Below, piece by piece: positions 27,856-36,636 of a stretch of DNA of 64,000 bases (positions within the stretch are counted from its first letter, which is position 1; the number at the start of each line of letters is the position of its first letter). The DNA is taken from the NCBI GenBank assembly GCA_020724845.1, contig DYGE01000001.1, forward strand, positions 58,218-122,217. Reading direction: 5' to 3'. A program made the translations under genes and the position numbers. Under the pieces are notes generated by a model. The model was not told where the DNA came from. It made no database searches and saw only the letters and a list, made by a program, of their open reading frames with translations. Source of the stretch: Candidatus Paceibacter sp. GTDB lineage: Bacteria; Patescibacteriota; Minisyncoccia; UBA6257; 02-FULL-45-10c.

Positions 27856-27916
27856 TCCATAGTCTTAATCTTTGAATTTTACCATAAAAAAACCGCATGT
27901 AGAATGCGGCTAGGCT

Positions 27917-28075
27917 TTAAGCCCCGAAAAATCTCATCAGCAGCTTGGTCAATTCAACGGCGATATCTCTTATAACGTCAATCAATGCCGCATGAACAAG
28001 ATGCAAGATTGCGACTACTGGAAGAAGAAGGATTGCTAAAAGCACAATCTGCGCCCAACCGTTCTTTGATTCCAT
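27917..28075 (-). CDS. 52-aa membrane peptide MESKNGWAQIVLLAILLLPVVAIL...
   Basis: Not in track. TTGTTT-17-TATCCT upstream, terminator downstream. Confidence 0.6.
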   Translation of the reverse strand: MESKNGWAQIVLLAILLLPVVAILHLVHAALIDVIRDIAVELTKLLMRFFGA

Positions 28076-28122
28076 TATCATGACCCCGAGAAGAACTTAT
28101 TTAGAGGATAATACTAAATCAT

Positions 28123-28776
28123 TTATGAAACAAGGGTCGCGCCGATCATTAGGTAGTCCAGATCGGTGCCAGCACGTAAATCCAGAAAATGTCCTTCCGG
28201 GAAAAGCGGGTAAGAATGAACAACATTGTCGTAAAGGCCGAATCTCTCTTCCACGTAAGAAGGAGAGACGAATGCCTTTGGCTCGTATTTTCTGCCATTT
28301 TTCCAAGCGAGCAGCATATTCGGAATTATATCAATTACGGCAACTTTATTTTCCGGAGACGCGGTTATCAGCAGGCTGTCCGCAGCATGGAATTCAAGCG
28401 CTTTTTCCGCCAGGCCCGCGTAACAGCAATCATTAACGAAGATCAACCGACTTCCATGATGTGCAAGCGCCAGAGCCAATTCGGAGTAGAAGAGAATATC
28501 GTCGCAAGTGCCCTGAACCGCCCATCCTCCACCATCTTTTTTACTGCCGTGTCCTATGTAAAACAGGCACACATCCTCTTTTGAGCTTTCTATAAATACT
28601 TCTTCCAGTTTTTCAAAAATTTCAGCGCTGTCCGCGTTTCTAATAATCAGCAGATTCTGCAAGGGAACTTTGAAGTCAGTAGTAAGGCTACTAGTTAATT
28701 GTTTAGCAACTTTTTCAAATCTCTGGCCGTCAGTATCCTTGGAGTTGGTTTTTCCAAGCACTATTATGGCTTGCAT
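28123..28776 (-). CDS. Caspase-like (clan CD) cysteine peptidase
   Basis: LFYIGHG and FVNDCCYAG His-Cys dyad. Confidence 0.75.
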   Translation of the reverse strand: MQAIIVLGKTNSKDTDGQRFEKVAKQLTSSLTTDFKVPLQNLLIIRNADSAEIFEKLEEVFIESSKEDVCLFYIGHGSKKDGGGWAVQGTCDDILFYSELALALAHHGSRLIFVNDCCYAGLAEKALEFHAADSLLITASPENKVAVIDIIPNMLLAWKNGRKYEPKAFVSPSYVEERFGLYDNVVHSYPLFPEGHFLDLRAGTDLDYLMIGATLVS

Positions 28777-28859
28777 CGGATCCCATTTTCAAAGAATGCA
28801 GTGATTATAAAACTTTCCTGACAAAAGTAAAGGAAAAAATTATAACATGGCAGCCTCGC

Positions 28860-29432
28860 TTAGCGCACCAACACTTCTATGCCGCTTAGAAGCAGAAATA
28901 TTCCTATAGAATTCAGAATGAATGAGAGGGCCGCGAATTGCTTATCCCCCAGTTTGTAAATGCCAAGCAATCCTACGCCCATCTCATCCGGAAACGGAGA
29001 CGCGATTAAAATAGCTCCCAATACCGGCCCGAGCCAGACGAAATATTTTGTGTGAATAACCCAATGGAATCTTAATAAGTTTTCTCCTCCGACTTTTCGG
29101 AATACGCTCTTTAATTCATCGGATAGGTCATCCTTCACAAATTTAAAGATAGTATAGTCGCCGATTACGGCTCCCAGGCCGGCAAGTACCGCGACTGCCG
29201 GGATATTCAAGCTCTCTCCTAATAAAAACAGCAAAGCTGTGGCGGGAACTACCGTAAAAGTGGAGACGAAGAAAATTCCTACCACAAAGGCGCTGAAATA
29301 CCCGAAAACCCCCAGAGATTCAATTATCTGATCAAAAAAACCAGTCTGGGAAAATAGGTAGGTTAAGATCAGGACGGAGAAGAATATCGCTAGGTTTGGA
29401 TATTGCAAGCTGTCTCTATGGCTCATAGTCAT
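28860..29432 (-). CDS. Membrane protein (VTT/SNARE-associated-like)
   Basis: GAVIGDY, IASPFPDE, 5 TM segments. Confidence 0.7.
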   Translation of the reverse strand: MTMSHRDSLQYPNLAIFFSVLILTYLFSQTGFFDQIIESLGVFGYFSAFVVGIFFVSTFTVVPATALLFLLGESLNIPAVAVLAGLGAVIGDYTIFKFVKDDLSDELKSVFRKVGGENLLRFHWVIHTKYFVWLGPVLGAILIASPFPDEMGVGLLGIYKLGDKQFAALSFILNSIGIFLLLSGIEVLVR

Positions 29433-30625
29433 ATTTCATTAAGCTGTTGCCGGTATTTTTCTTTCATCGCGTTAAATGCCGCCAAATCTGCTTCATTAAT
29501 CGGATCGCCTGGCGGGATGGTTTCGGTAAATGGATTCACTAGAGAGCCGAAGCGGTGCATTTCATAATGAAGATGCGGGCCGGTTGAAAGTCCGGTTGAG
29601 CCGACGTAACCTACTATCTGCCCCTGCCTCACCCGCGTGCCTACTTTAATTCCCTTGGCGATGCTGGAGAAATGCCCATAAACAGTGCTGTACATCTCGT
29701 TGTGCCGAACTTTGACCATTATTCCGTAATAACCGTTCCAGCCGGCCTGAACTACTGTGCCGTCGCCGACGGTAACTACCGGCGTCCCGGATGGCGCGGC
29801 GTAGTCAATTCCGCGATGCCTGGTAAATTTTTTGAGAATCGGATTAAAGCGATTTAAGCTGTAGCCGGAGCTAATGTACTTATATTGAAGCGGCGCCTTT
29901 AAAAATACTTTTTGAACTGAATTTCCCTCTTCATCGTAATGACCAGCTTTGGTTTCAGGGCTTTCAAAGTAATATCCTTGAAACTTTTCTCCGGCGTTAA
30001 TGAATTCTACCGCCAAGATTTTTCCAGGGTGATCGTAAACGCCTTCCCGATACCTTTTTTCATAAATTACCTTAAAACTGTCTCCTTTCTGGACTTGGGC
30101 AGCAAAATCAACCTGCCAAGCCAAAGTTTCAGCTATCGCGAGCGCCAAGCGCTCGTCCAAACCTTGGCTGGTTATCGTTTCGTACAACGAACTCTCGATC
30201 ACCCCCATAGCTTTGCTGATTTCCGTAGTGTACTCAATCGGTATTAATTTTGCTTCCCAGTTCTCAATACTGGTCGTGGAAGTGTTGGTGACCAGCAGTT
30301 TTTCTTCTTTGTTGATCTCATATTGCAATTCTTTTAAAGCGCCGGTAGTTTTGTCGTACGCGAAAGCAATCTGCTTACCGGCGACAATTTTAGCAAGGTC
30401 GTAAACCTCCTTCGCTTCCGCGAGGATGGCGCTGGCGGTGGAAGTCGCGACGCCCGCTTCGCTAGCAATAACGCTGAAGGTAGAGCCGGTCAGGATGTCT
30501 TTCCGGATTATATCCAACGATTCTTCCTGCTCTAAGCTAAAATGGTTATTCCCGCCAAGAAATAACAGGGATAAACCCAGCATTCCGGCAATTAAAAAAT
30601 TCCTTCTATTAAGAAATTTAGGCAT
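29429..30625 (-). CDS. M23 peptidoglycan endopeptidase (MepM-like)
   Basis: HRGIDYAA, YGH, STGPHLHYE. Confidence 0.93.
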   Translation of the reverse strand: MPKFLNRRNFLIAGMLGLSLLFLGGNNHFSLEQEESLDIIRKDILTGSTFSVIASEAGVATSTASAILAEAKEVYDLAKIVAGKQIAFAYDKTTGALKELQYEINKEEKLLVTNTSTTSIENWEAKLIPIEYTTEISKAMGVIESSLYETITSQGLDERLALAIAETLAWQVDFAAQVQKGDSFKVIYEKRYREGVYDHPGKILAVEFINAGEKFQGYYFESPETKAGHYDEEGNSVQKVFLKAPLQYKYISSGYSLNRFNPILKKFTRHRGIDYAAPSGTPVVTVGDGTVVQAGWNGYYGIMVKVRHNEMYSTVYGHFSSIAKGIKVGTRVRQGQIVGYVGSTGLSTGPHLHYEMHRFGSLVNPFTETIPPGDPINEADLAAFNAMKEKYRQQLNEI

Positions 30626-30702
30626 AACTTAGTTATTTTATTCTATCAATATTTGTCCTGAATCCACAAATCAAAAATCCGCCAGTTTGGCGGATTTTGA
30701 AT

Positions 30703-30900
30703 CTATCTTCCGAAACCTCCTCGGAAAGCCGGTCGGCGCTTTTTATTGCAATCGTAGCAATATAAGCGTCCGTAGGTGCCGTCTTGCCTTTTATTCGGCT
30801 CAAACGGTAATTCCTTGATCTGCGTGCCGCACTCGGTGCAAGTGATGTTCATGGCGGACACATCATGCATTTGGCGCTGGGGCCTGTTTTGCATCTCCAT
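30703..30900 (-). CDS. CxxC-x(n)-CxxC zinc-ribbon protein
   Basis: CTECG...LPFEP...LYCYDC, RGG tail. Confidence 0.8.
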   Translation of the reverse strand: MEMQNRPQRQMHDVSAMNITCTECGTQIKELPFEPNKRQDGTYGRLYCYDCNKKRRPAFRGGFGR

Positions 30901-31047
30901 CGTTCGTTCCTAATTAATTTTTATTGTATTTAGGCGAACGACTAATAATATAATTAAACGCTAATTACTATCGCCTATTATTTAACTACAATAGTTAATA
31001 TTGTAGCAGATATTTTCTGATCTGGTCAATTAATAAAAAAAGCGGCT

Positions 31048-31638
31048 TTATGATAGCCGCCGCGCTATTTCCAGAAACATTGTGTCTCGATCCTGGTGTT
31101 TAGAAATGAGTTTGTAGGATTGCCAGCATATTTGCTCGGGGGTATTGGAGAGCTTAGACGGTAAGGATCCAAGAAAGGAAACTATCCGTCTATTTGTTAA
31201 CTCTTCTATAATCATTACCAGTAAGCCAGAAATGAGACAAGTCGCCATGGTTATTAGCACAGAGAAAGTCATGGTTACCATAAACCGCTCAATGAGCGAA
31301 AGTGCTTGCGGAGCACTCTGCCAAAGAACTGCATTTACGAAGGCGAAGAGAGAAAACGGCAAAAGCCAAAGAGAGTGGAAAGCTGCCCGCTGAAGTAGGC
31401 CAGTTATTCTGGATCTCCTGGCTACCAAACCAACTAATTTCAAGAGAGCTTCCTTGCTAAGATCCTGCAAATTCCCCTTTTGTAAACCATATCGGGCGTA
31501 GCAGATCTTAGGGAAGTAAATGTCAAAGTCTCGGTAGGTTTCGTGAAGTTTTTCCTTAAGCTGCCGCGCTTTTGCTTCATTTAGCGCGCAAGCCAGCTCA
31601 TCTTGAGGCGTTTTCTTGACCAGGTTGTTTTCGACCAT
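31048..31638 (-). CDS. Unknown 2-TM protein, paralog family member B
   Basis: TTGACT-17-TAACAT, SD AAAGGAG; weak similarity to members A and C. Confidence 0.7.
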   Translation of the reverse strand: MVENNLVKKTPQDELACALNEAKARQLKEKLHETYRDFDIYFPKICYARYGLQKGNLQDLSKEALLKLVGLVARRSRITGLLQRAAFHSLWLLPFSLFAFVNAVLWQSAPQALSLIERFMVTMTFSVLITMATCLISGLLVMIIEELTNRRIVSFLGSLPSKLSNTPEQICWQSYKLISKHQDRDTMFLEIARRLS

Positions 31639-31713
31639 CTTTATTCTCCTTTCAAGGATCGTTCTTGAACAGATGTTACTATAAAATCATCTTTTAGTCA
31701 ACAAAAATGCCGC

Positions 31714-32316
31714 TCATGGAGCGGCCTTAGATCGCGGAGTTACGGTAATCTTTCCTTTCATCCAAGGGTGCGGGCGGCAGTTATAAGGGTAAGCGCCCGT
31801 CTCAACAAATTGGATCGGCTTGGATTGCTTCCCTTTGGTAATGCCTCCGGTGTCAAAAAAATTCTTGGCGCCATCTTCCGCCGTTGCGGTATGGTACATC
31901 GCGGCGCTGCGGAAATCTTGATTGGTCCAGATTACTTTGTCGCAAGATTTAATTTTCAGATTTTTTGGTTCGTAGGCTTTATCTCTTAAATTCAGTTCCG
32001 GCGGAGACATGCCATACTTGGTGATTGTGACAGTATGCACGTTATAACTGACATCCTGACATTCCGGATTTTCGACTTTTGGCCGGCATTCGCCTCGGGA
32101 TTTGACTTCTACTTTAGCGACTGACGCCTTGCATTCGTTTGGATACGTCTTCCCATCCGCGCCGCAGACCGGAGCGTAATGTTCGGTGCAGATAGTTTTT
32201 CCATCGGGCGGTTTCGTTTCCGGCTGGCTGTTTTTAGCGCAACCGCTTAAAAGCCAGAGTAGGAGGAGCAAGATCGCGGCCATAATGAACGGCTTGGCGA
32301 TGATTAGCTTGTTCAT
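31714..32316 (-). CDS. Lipoprotein with Kazal and cupredoxin domains
   Basis: Lipobox LSGC; CTEHYAPVCGADGKTYPNEC; H...C-x2-H-x2-M copper site (CRPHPWM). Confidence 0.85.
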   Translation of the reverse strand: MNKLIIAKPFIMAAILLLLLWLLSGCAKNSQPETKPPDGKTICTEHYAPVCGADGKTYPNECKASVAKVEVKSRGECRPKVENPECQDVSYNVHTVTITKYGMSPPELNLRDKAYEPKNLKIKSCDKVIWTNQDFRSAAMYHTATAEDGAKNFFDTGGITKGKQSKPIQFVETGAYPYNCRPHPWMKGKITVTPRSKAAP

Positions 32317-32396
32317 GTTATCCGCTGATTTCAAAGTTCAGATAAGTTCATCTTGGAAAATTTGGAACAGAAAGTCAAATAAAAAAATCCCACCTA

Positions 32397-33059
32397 TCAC
32401 AGGTGGGTGTTATAAGAGGCTAATTCCTGGGTCAGTTGCTTAATCCTTTCTCTGGAGAGGTACGCTTTCCCGCGATGCTTTTCAAGTGTCCTGGACAAAA
32501 CAAGATACAGGCACTCATCGCAATGGTTCGGAAGTTCTTCATTTGGTTTAGGATTGCAATGGGATTTTTCAAGCAAATAAGATCCAAAGACTACTAGGAA
32601 TGTTGCTATGCAGATCCAGTGGCTTTGAGTAAGGACAGTAAGCAAGGTAGTAATTCCTCCCGTAACTGCTAACCAAGAAAAAAAGGCGGTCATCTCGGAT
32701 TTATCATGGGGACCGCATCCTTCGTTCTCACGAATTTTTTTAGCCGGAACAAAAATGAAGCTTTCCCAAAATTTGTAGCAGAGCAGCGCCATCCGGTGCC
32801 TGATTCCGATTCTTCTGCCAAGAAGCTTTTCAAGGCATTGCAGCCCGTCATGGTCCAATTGCAAAACATCCGATCTGGTTAGAGGGAAATGTTTAACTGC
32901 TAGGTTTGAAAACAAATCAAAGGCCTTGCTAGATTTCCTATCCAGGCCAGCGTTAAAGCTCTCTTGCTCGGCGATGGCTCGTTCTTTGCTTCTAGTGTCC
33001 AGTAGAACCATCAGTTTCTCATTGCCCTTCATCTGTACCAGATTCTTGTTCTCACCCAT
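32397..33059 (-). CDS. Unknown 2-TM protein, paralog family member C
   Basis: TTGACT-17-TAATAT, SD AAAGGAG; RRIGIRH..YKFW and CDECLYL. Confidence 0.75.
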   Translation of the reverse strand: MGENKNLVQMKGNEKLMVLLDTRSKERAIAEQESFNAGLDRKSSKAFDLFSNLAVKHFPLTRSDVLQLDHDGLQCLEKLLGRRIGIRHRMALLCYKFWESFIFVPAKKIRENEGCGPHDKSEMTAFFSWLAVTGGITTLLTVLTQSHWICIATFLVVFGSYLLEKSHCNPKPNEELPNHCDECLYLVLSRTLEKHRGKAYLSRERIKQLTQELASYNTHL

Positions 33060-33133
33060 CTCGCGCTCCTTTTTTGAATCAAAGTTCTGACTCTGCGCAT
33101 ATATTACCAAATAATATCGCTAGAGTCAAACAC

Positions 33134-33613
33134 CTATTTGGGCGGCGCAGACTTAATCTCTTCCCGCAATTTCATCCAGACTTTACCAAGTTCGTTTCTC
33201 CCCTTTTTGTCCGGTCCCCAGCCCCAGAAGCTGTCAACCGGAGAATCCTCAACCATAGGCCGGTCGCCTGTCTGGAGAAGCTTTCTTTTTACGTAGGGGT
33301 GCTGTTCTAGTTTAAGTCGGCAGATTTCTTCCATAACCTTAACTTTCTTGGCGTCCCAGTCGGATCGGACATACTCCCGATACTTTTCCGCGATTTTCTT
33401 GGATTCATAAGCGGAGCGGGCATAGAAAATTTCTTCGGCAATTTCCGGATGGTTATGCATAAACTTTGCCGCTTGGTAAGCATGTTCGGATGTCTGCCAC
33501 AGCCGGCCCATCCATTCAACCGCAAAGCTGGAAAAGTTAGAAAAGCAGAAGAATCTTCTCTCGTAAAATCCGATGGCCTCACTTGATTCCGGAATGCGCT
33601 GCTGGTCGTTCAT
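33134..33613 (-). CDS. NADAR (YbiA-like) N-glycosidase
   Basis: FSNF, TSEHAYQAAKF, EDSPVDSFWG, GRNELG. Confidence 0.92.
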   Translation of the reverse strand: MNDQQRIPESSEAIGFYERRFFCFSNFSSFAVEWMGRLWQTSEHAYQAAKFMHNHPEIAEEIFYARSAYESKKIAEKYREYVRSDWDAKKVKVMEEICRLKLEQHPYVKRKLLQTGDRPMVEDSPVDSFWGWGPDKKGRNELGKVWMKLREEIKSAPPK

Positions 33614-33701
33614 ACTCCTCCTTTGTTGAACCTGCTGGAGGTGATGATAGCAGACAGGCAAGAAAAAGAAAAGGAGGCAACATTGCCTCCTTTAGTAAAG
33701 C

Positions 33702-34886
33702 TTAGTCATCAAGCTTGATAAGGGTGTTCGTTGGTAGATGTATCACCGCCGTCAACACCATCCATCCGAATGCCGCCCAGAAACTCATAGCTTGCAGTAT
33801 GCATACCGCAATGTACATTCCCGGCAAACCGCACCAAAACGTCCTTGACACGGCGCTGCCGCTTGCCCCTTTTTGCAAGAAAGTAAACAGAATGGCCAGC
33901 ACTAGTACTCGGTAGGACACGCTAGCAACGAAAATTCCCAGGAAATAATACACTCCGTAAAGAAGCCAGATTGCTAACGGGATGCCGATTAGATAGCCAA
34001 GCGGCCCTGGCTCATGCTCCGGATTTTTCCCGGCATTTCCTCGGTCGTAAAGCAGCGCTCCAAAAATTACACTCAGACATGCGGGTATGAATATAGAAAG
34101 CTTGAGATAATCCCAGAATCCCCAACCCGGCAAAACAAATGTCGGATTTTCCACAAACCACAGCATAGCGTCAGAAAGCGGCTTGGTCATCAGCGCGTAG
34201 CTGACTAAGGCGCATAGGCCGTCATAGCCTATGATCAAACCGTCAATCGCGTTGAATCTTTGGATTTTATGCATTGAAAATATCACCGCGTTTGAAGCAA
34301 AGTGCGCTAGAACAGAGGCCAGTAGACCGTACTTCACAAAGATGTAGGTAAAAAAGATTCCAGCCACGAATTGCGGGAGCACTCGCAGAATATTGCGATC
34401 CTCTTCTCTTTGGAAATTTTTCAGATGGACCAGTGCCCAAAAGCTGTTCCCTATCAGAAATAACAGATAAAACGCTATTGTCCCGGATATAAAGGGAATC
34501 TTAACTAATAAACCTAGGAAAAACCATCGCGCCAGAATTTCTTCCAAAAGAACCATAATGAAGAAAGTGCGGAAGTGATTTCCTTCCTGCATACTCCTAA
34601 AGAGTTCATTAATAGAATGCTTACCGCTCTGGCCAAGTATCGCGCCTTGCGCTAGTCCGGCGAAAATCGTGCACGGCAATTCTATCACCACCGTGGCGAG
34701 AATAACCAAAAACATCGTTAAGAAATTTTCCTGGCCGACAGCGATTTCGCTTACTTTGCCGGCCAGGAGCAGAATCAAGTCACTGCCTACTAGTCCGAAC
34801 AGCTGCGATTTCCAAGCTATCAGCCAAAGCAGACAAAACGTTCCGAGCATAGAAAATGCCCCAAGGCGGCCTTCTTTGCTTTCCAC
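33702..34886 (-). CDS. CPBP (Abi/CAAX-type) intramembrane glutamic peptidase with extra TM region
   Basis: EEILAR, FWALVH, AHFASN; TTGACA-17-TATTAT promoter. Confidence 0.8.
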   Translation of the reverse strand: MESKEGRLGAFSMLGTFCLLWLIAWKSQLFGLVGSDLILLLAGKVSEIAVGQENFLTMFLVILATVVIELPCTIFAGLAQGAILGQSGKHSINELFRSMQEGNHFRTFFIMVLLEEILARWFFLGLLVKIPFISGTIAFYLLFLIGNSFWALVHLKNFQREEDRNILRVLPQFVAGIFFTYIFVKYGLLASVLAHFASNAVIFSMHKIQRFNAIDGLIIGYDGLCALVSYALMTKPLSDAMLWFVENPTFVLPGWGFWDYLKLSIFIPACLSVIFGALLYDRGNAGKNPEHEPGPLGYLIGIPLAIWLLYGVYYFLGIFVASVSYRVLVLAILFTFLQKGASGSAVSRTFWCGLPGMYIAVCILQAMSFWAAFGWMVLTAVIHLPTNTLIKLDD

Positions 34887-34991
34887 CCATCATCTCCTTT
34901 GTGAAAGTGCTTATGTGCCTGGAGATATAATACAGGAAATTATTTACGTTGTCAAGAAAGCTGCGCGGCTGACAATTAGCCGCGTTTTTGA

Positions 34992-36629
34992 TTATTTAGC
35001 GGATTTTATCAGGTGTTCAAAGGCATAATCCATTTTAGCCCCTACTTTCTTGCCGGGGTTAAAAATATTATTAGGATCAAATATTTTCTTAGTTTTCTCA
35101 AAAAGTCCGTAGATTTTTTCCCCATACATTTTTTCCAAGTACGGGCTGCGTATCAGGCCGTCGTTGTGTTCGGCAGTAATTGAGCCGTCATACTTCAAAA
35201 CCAAATCATAAACCTTTTCTGAAAGGCTTTTAATGATTTCGTGGTTTTTGGGATCAGAAAGATCCATCAGCGGAATAATATGAAAGTTGCCGTCACCGAC
35301 ATGGCCGGCGATCGTGTAAATAATTTTATATTGGCCCAAAATCTTATACAGCTCCGGCAGAAATTCCGGAAGATCCTCAACTTTTACTATGAAATCGTCT
35401 ATAAATGGCGCGGTTCTTTTCCCTTTAATATGATGCCGGAGCAGATTAAAGCTTTCTCTTCTGATAACCCAGTATTTCCGCGCTTCTTCTTCGCTGGCAA
35501 GAACGCGGAAATTGGCGCTGCTTTTTTCCAGCTCTTTTTCCAAATCACCCAGTTTACTTTGTAATCTCTCCTCGCTGTCGTCAGTGAATTCAGCCAACAA
35601 TATCAATTTTGGCACTCCCCCGCTCAAAAGCATCCAAAATTCCGGCAGAAAATTCCACGCCAAGCTAAAAATATTCTTTTTGAGCAGCTTAACTAAGCTT
35701 GGCAAATAACGGAGGGCGATTTTCAGCGTGTTGTCATCAAAAGATTCAAAGCTCTCTGGCCGGAATTTCATTACGGCCTGCGCGATATTCGCTAACGGAT
35801 TCAGATCTTTCAGAAAAATTACTGCCATGCGCGAATGTTTCTTCGGCTTTATCAATTTGAATTTAATCTCAGTAATAATGCCTAAAGTTCCCTGTGAACC
35901 GACGAATAGTTTGGTTAAATCAAAGACTTTACCATTCCACACGTTCCACAAGTAATAACCGGCCGAATTTTTGGAAACTTGCGGCTTAGCCGCGTCCAAA
36001 TCTTCCTTGTGTTCCGTAACCAGGCTGTAAATTTCCTTATATAGCTTCCCCTCAAAGTCGTTTTGGGATAACTTACTGTCCAATTCTTGGCGATTTAACG
36101 GCTTAAAAGAATACTCAATGCCGTCAGCCAGTATGGCCTTAAGCCCCATTACGTAGTTCTCCGTCTTTCCGTAGGCCAGAGTTTTCTCTCCTCCGGCGTT
36201 GTTGGCGACCATTCCGCCAAGCGCGCAAATTTCCCGCGAAGCCGGATAAGATGGCAGAAGCAATCCCTTTTTCAAAGTTTCTTTTTCAAAATCGCGATAG
36301 AAAACTCCGGGTTCAGCTATCGCGTAATCTTCGCCGATTTCCAAAACGCGATTGAGATGTTTAGTGACATCAACTATCACTGACTCGGTAAGCGCCCCGC
36401 CGGTCATATCTGTTCCTCCGGAACGGGCAGTCAGAGTTAACATTTGATCCTTGCCTGGCTTTTGGCTAGCGAATTTAACTAAATTTTTGATGTCTTCCGC
36501 GTCTTTCGGACACACGACCACCTGCGGCCTAATTTCAAACAAACTAGCGTCGCGGCTGTATTTTTTTAGCGTATTCTCGTCAGCCAGCACATCCCCCTTA
36601 ATTATTTTTTTTAATTCTTCGAACAACAT
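34992..36629 (-). CDS. FAD-linked oxidase (GlcD/D-lactate dehydrogenase-like)
   Basis: RSGGT, GSQGTLG, GHVGDGNFH, AEHNDG, NPGK. Confidence 0.9.
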   Translation of the reverse strand: MLFEELKKIIKGDVLADENTLKKYSRDASLFEIRPQVVVCPKDAEDIKNLVKFASQKPGKDQMLTLTARSGGTDMTGGALTESVIVDVTKHLNRVLEIGEDYAIAEPGVFYRDFEKETLKKGLLLPSYPASREICALGGMVANNAGGEKTLAYGKTENYVMGLKAILADGIEYSFKPLNRQELDSKLSQNDFEGKLYKEIYSLVTEHKEDLDAAKPQVSKNSAGYYLWNVWNGKVFDLTKLFVGSQGTLGIITEIKFKLIKPKKHSRMAVIFLKDLNPLANIAQAVMKFRPESFESFDDNTLKIALRYLPSLVKLLKKNIFSLAWNFLPEFWMLLSGGVPKLILLAEFTDDSEERLQSKLGDLEKELEKSSANFRVLASEEEARKYWVIRRESFNLLRHHIKGKRTAPFIDDFIVKVEDLPEFLPELYKILGQYKIIYTIAGHVGDGNFHIIPLMDLSDPKNHEIIKSLSEKVYDLVLKYDGSITAEHNDGLIRSPYLEKMYGEKIYGLFEKTKKIFDPNNIFNPGKKVGAKMDYAFEHLIKSAK

Positions 36630-36636
36630 ATTTCGT

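Noticed and set aside
31030..34990. Integron cassette array
   Set aside because: No attC-like RYYYAAC...GTTRRRY sites and no intI; each gene has its own promoter.
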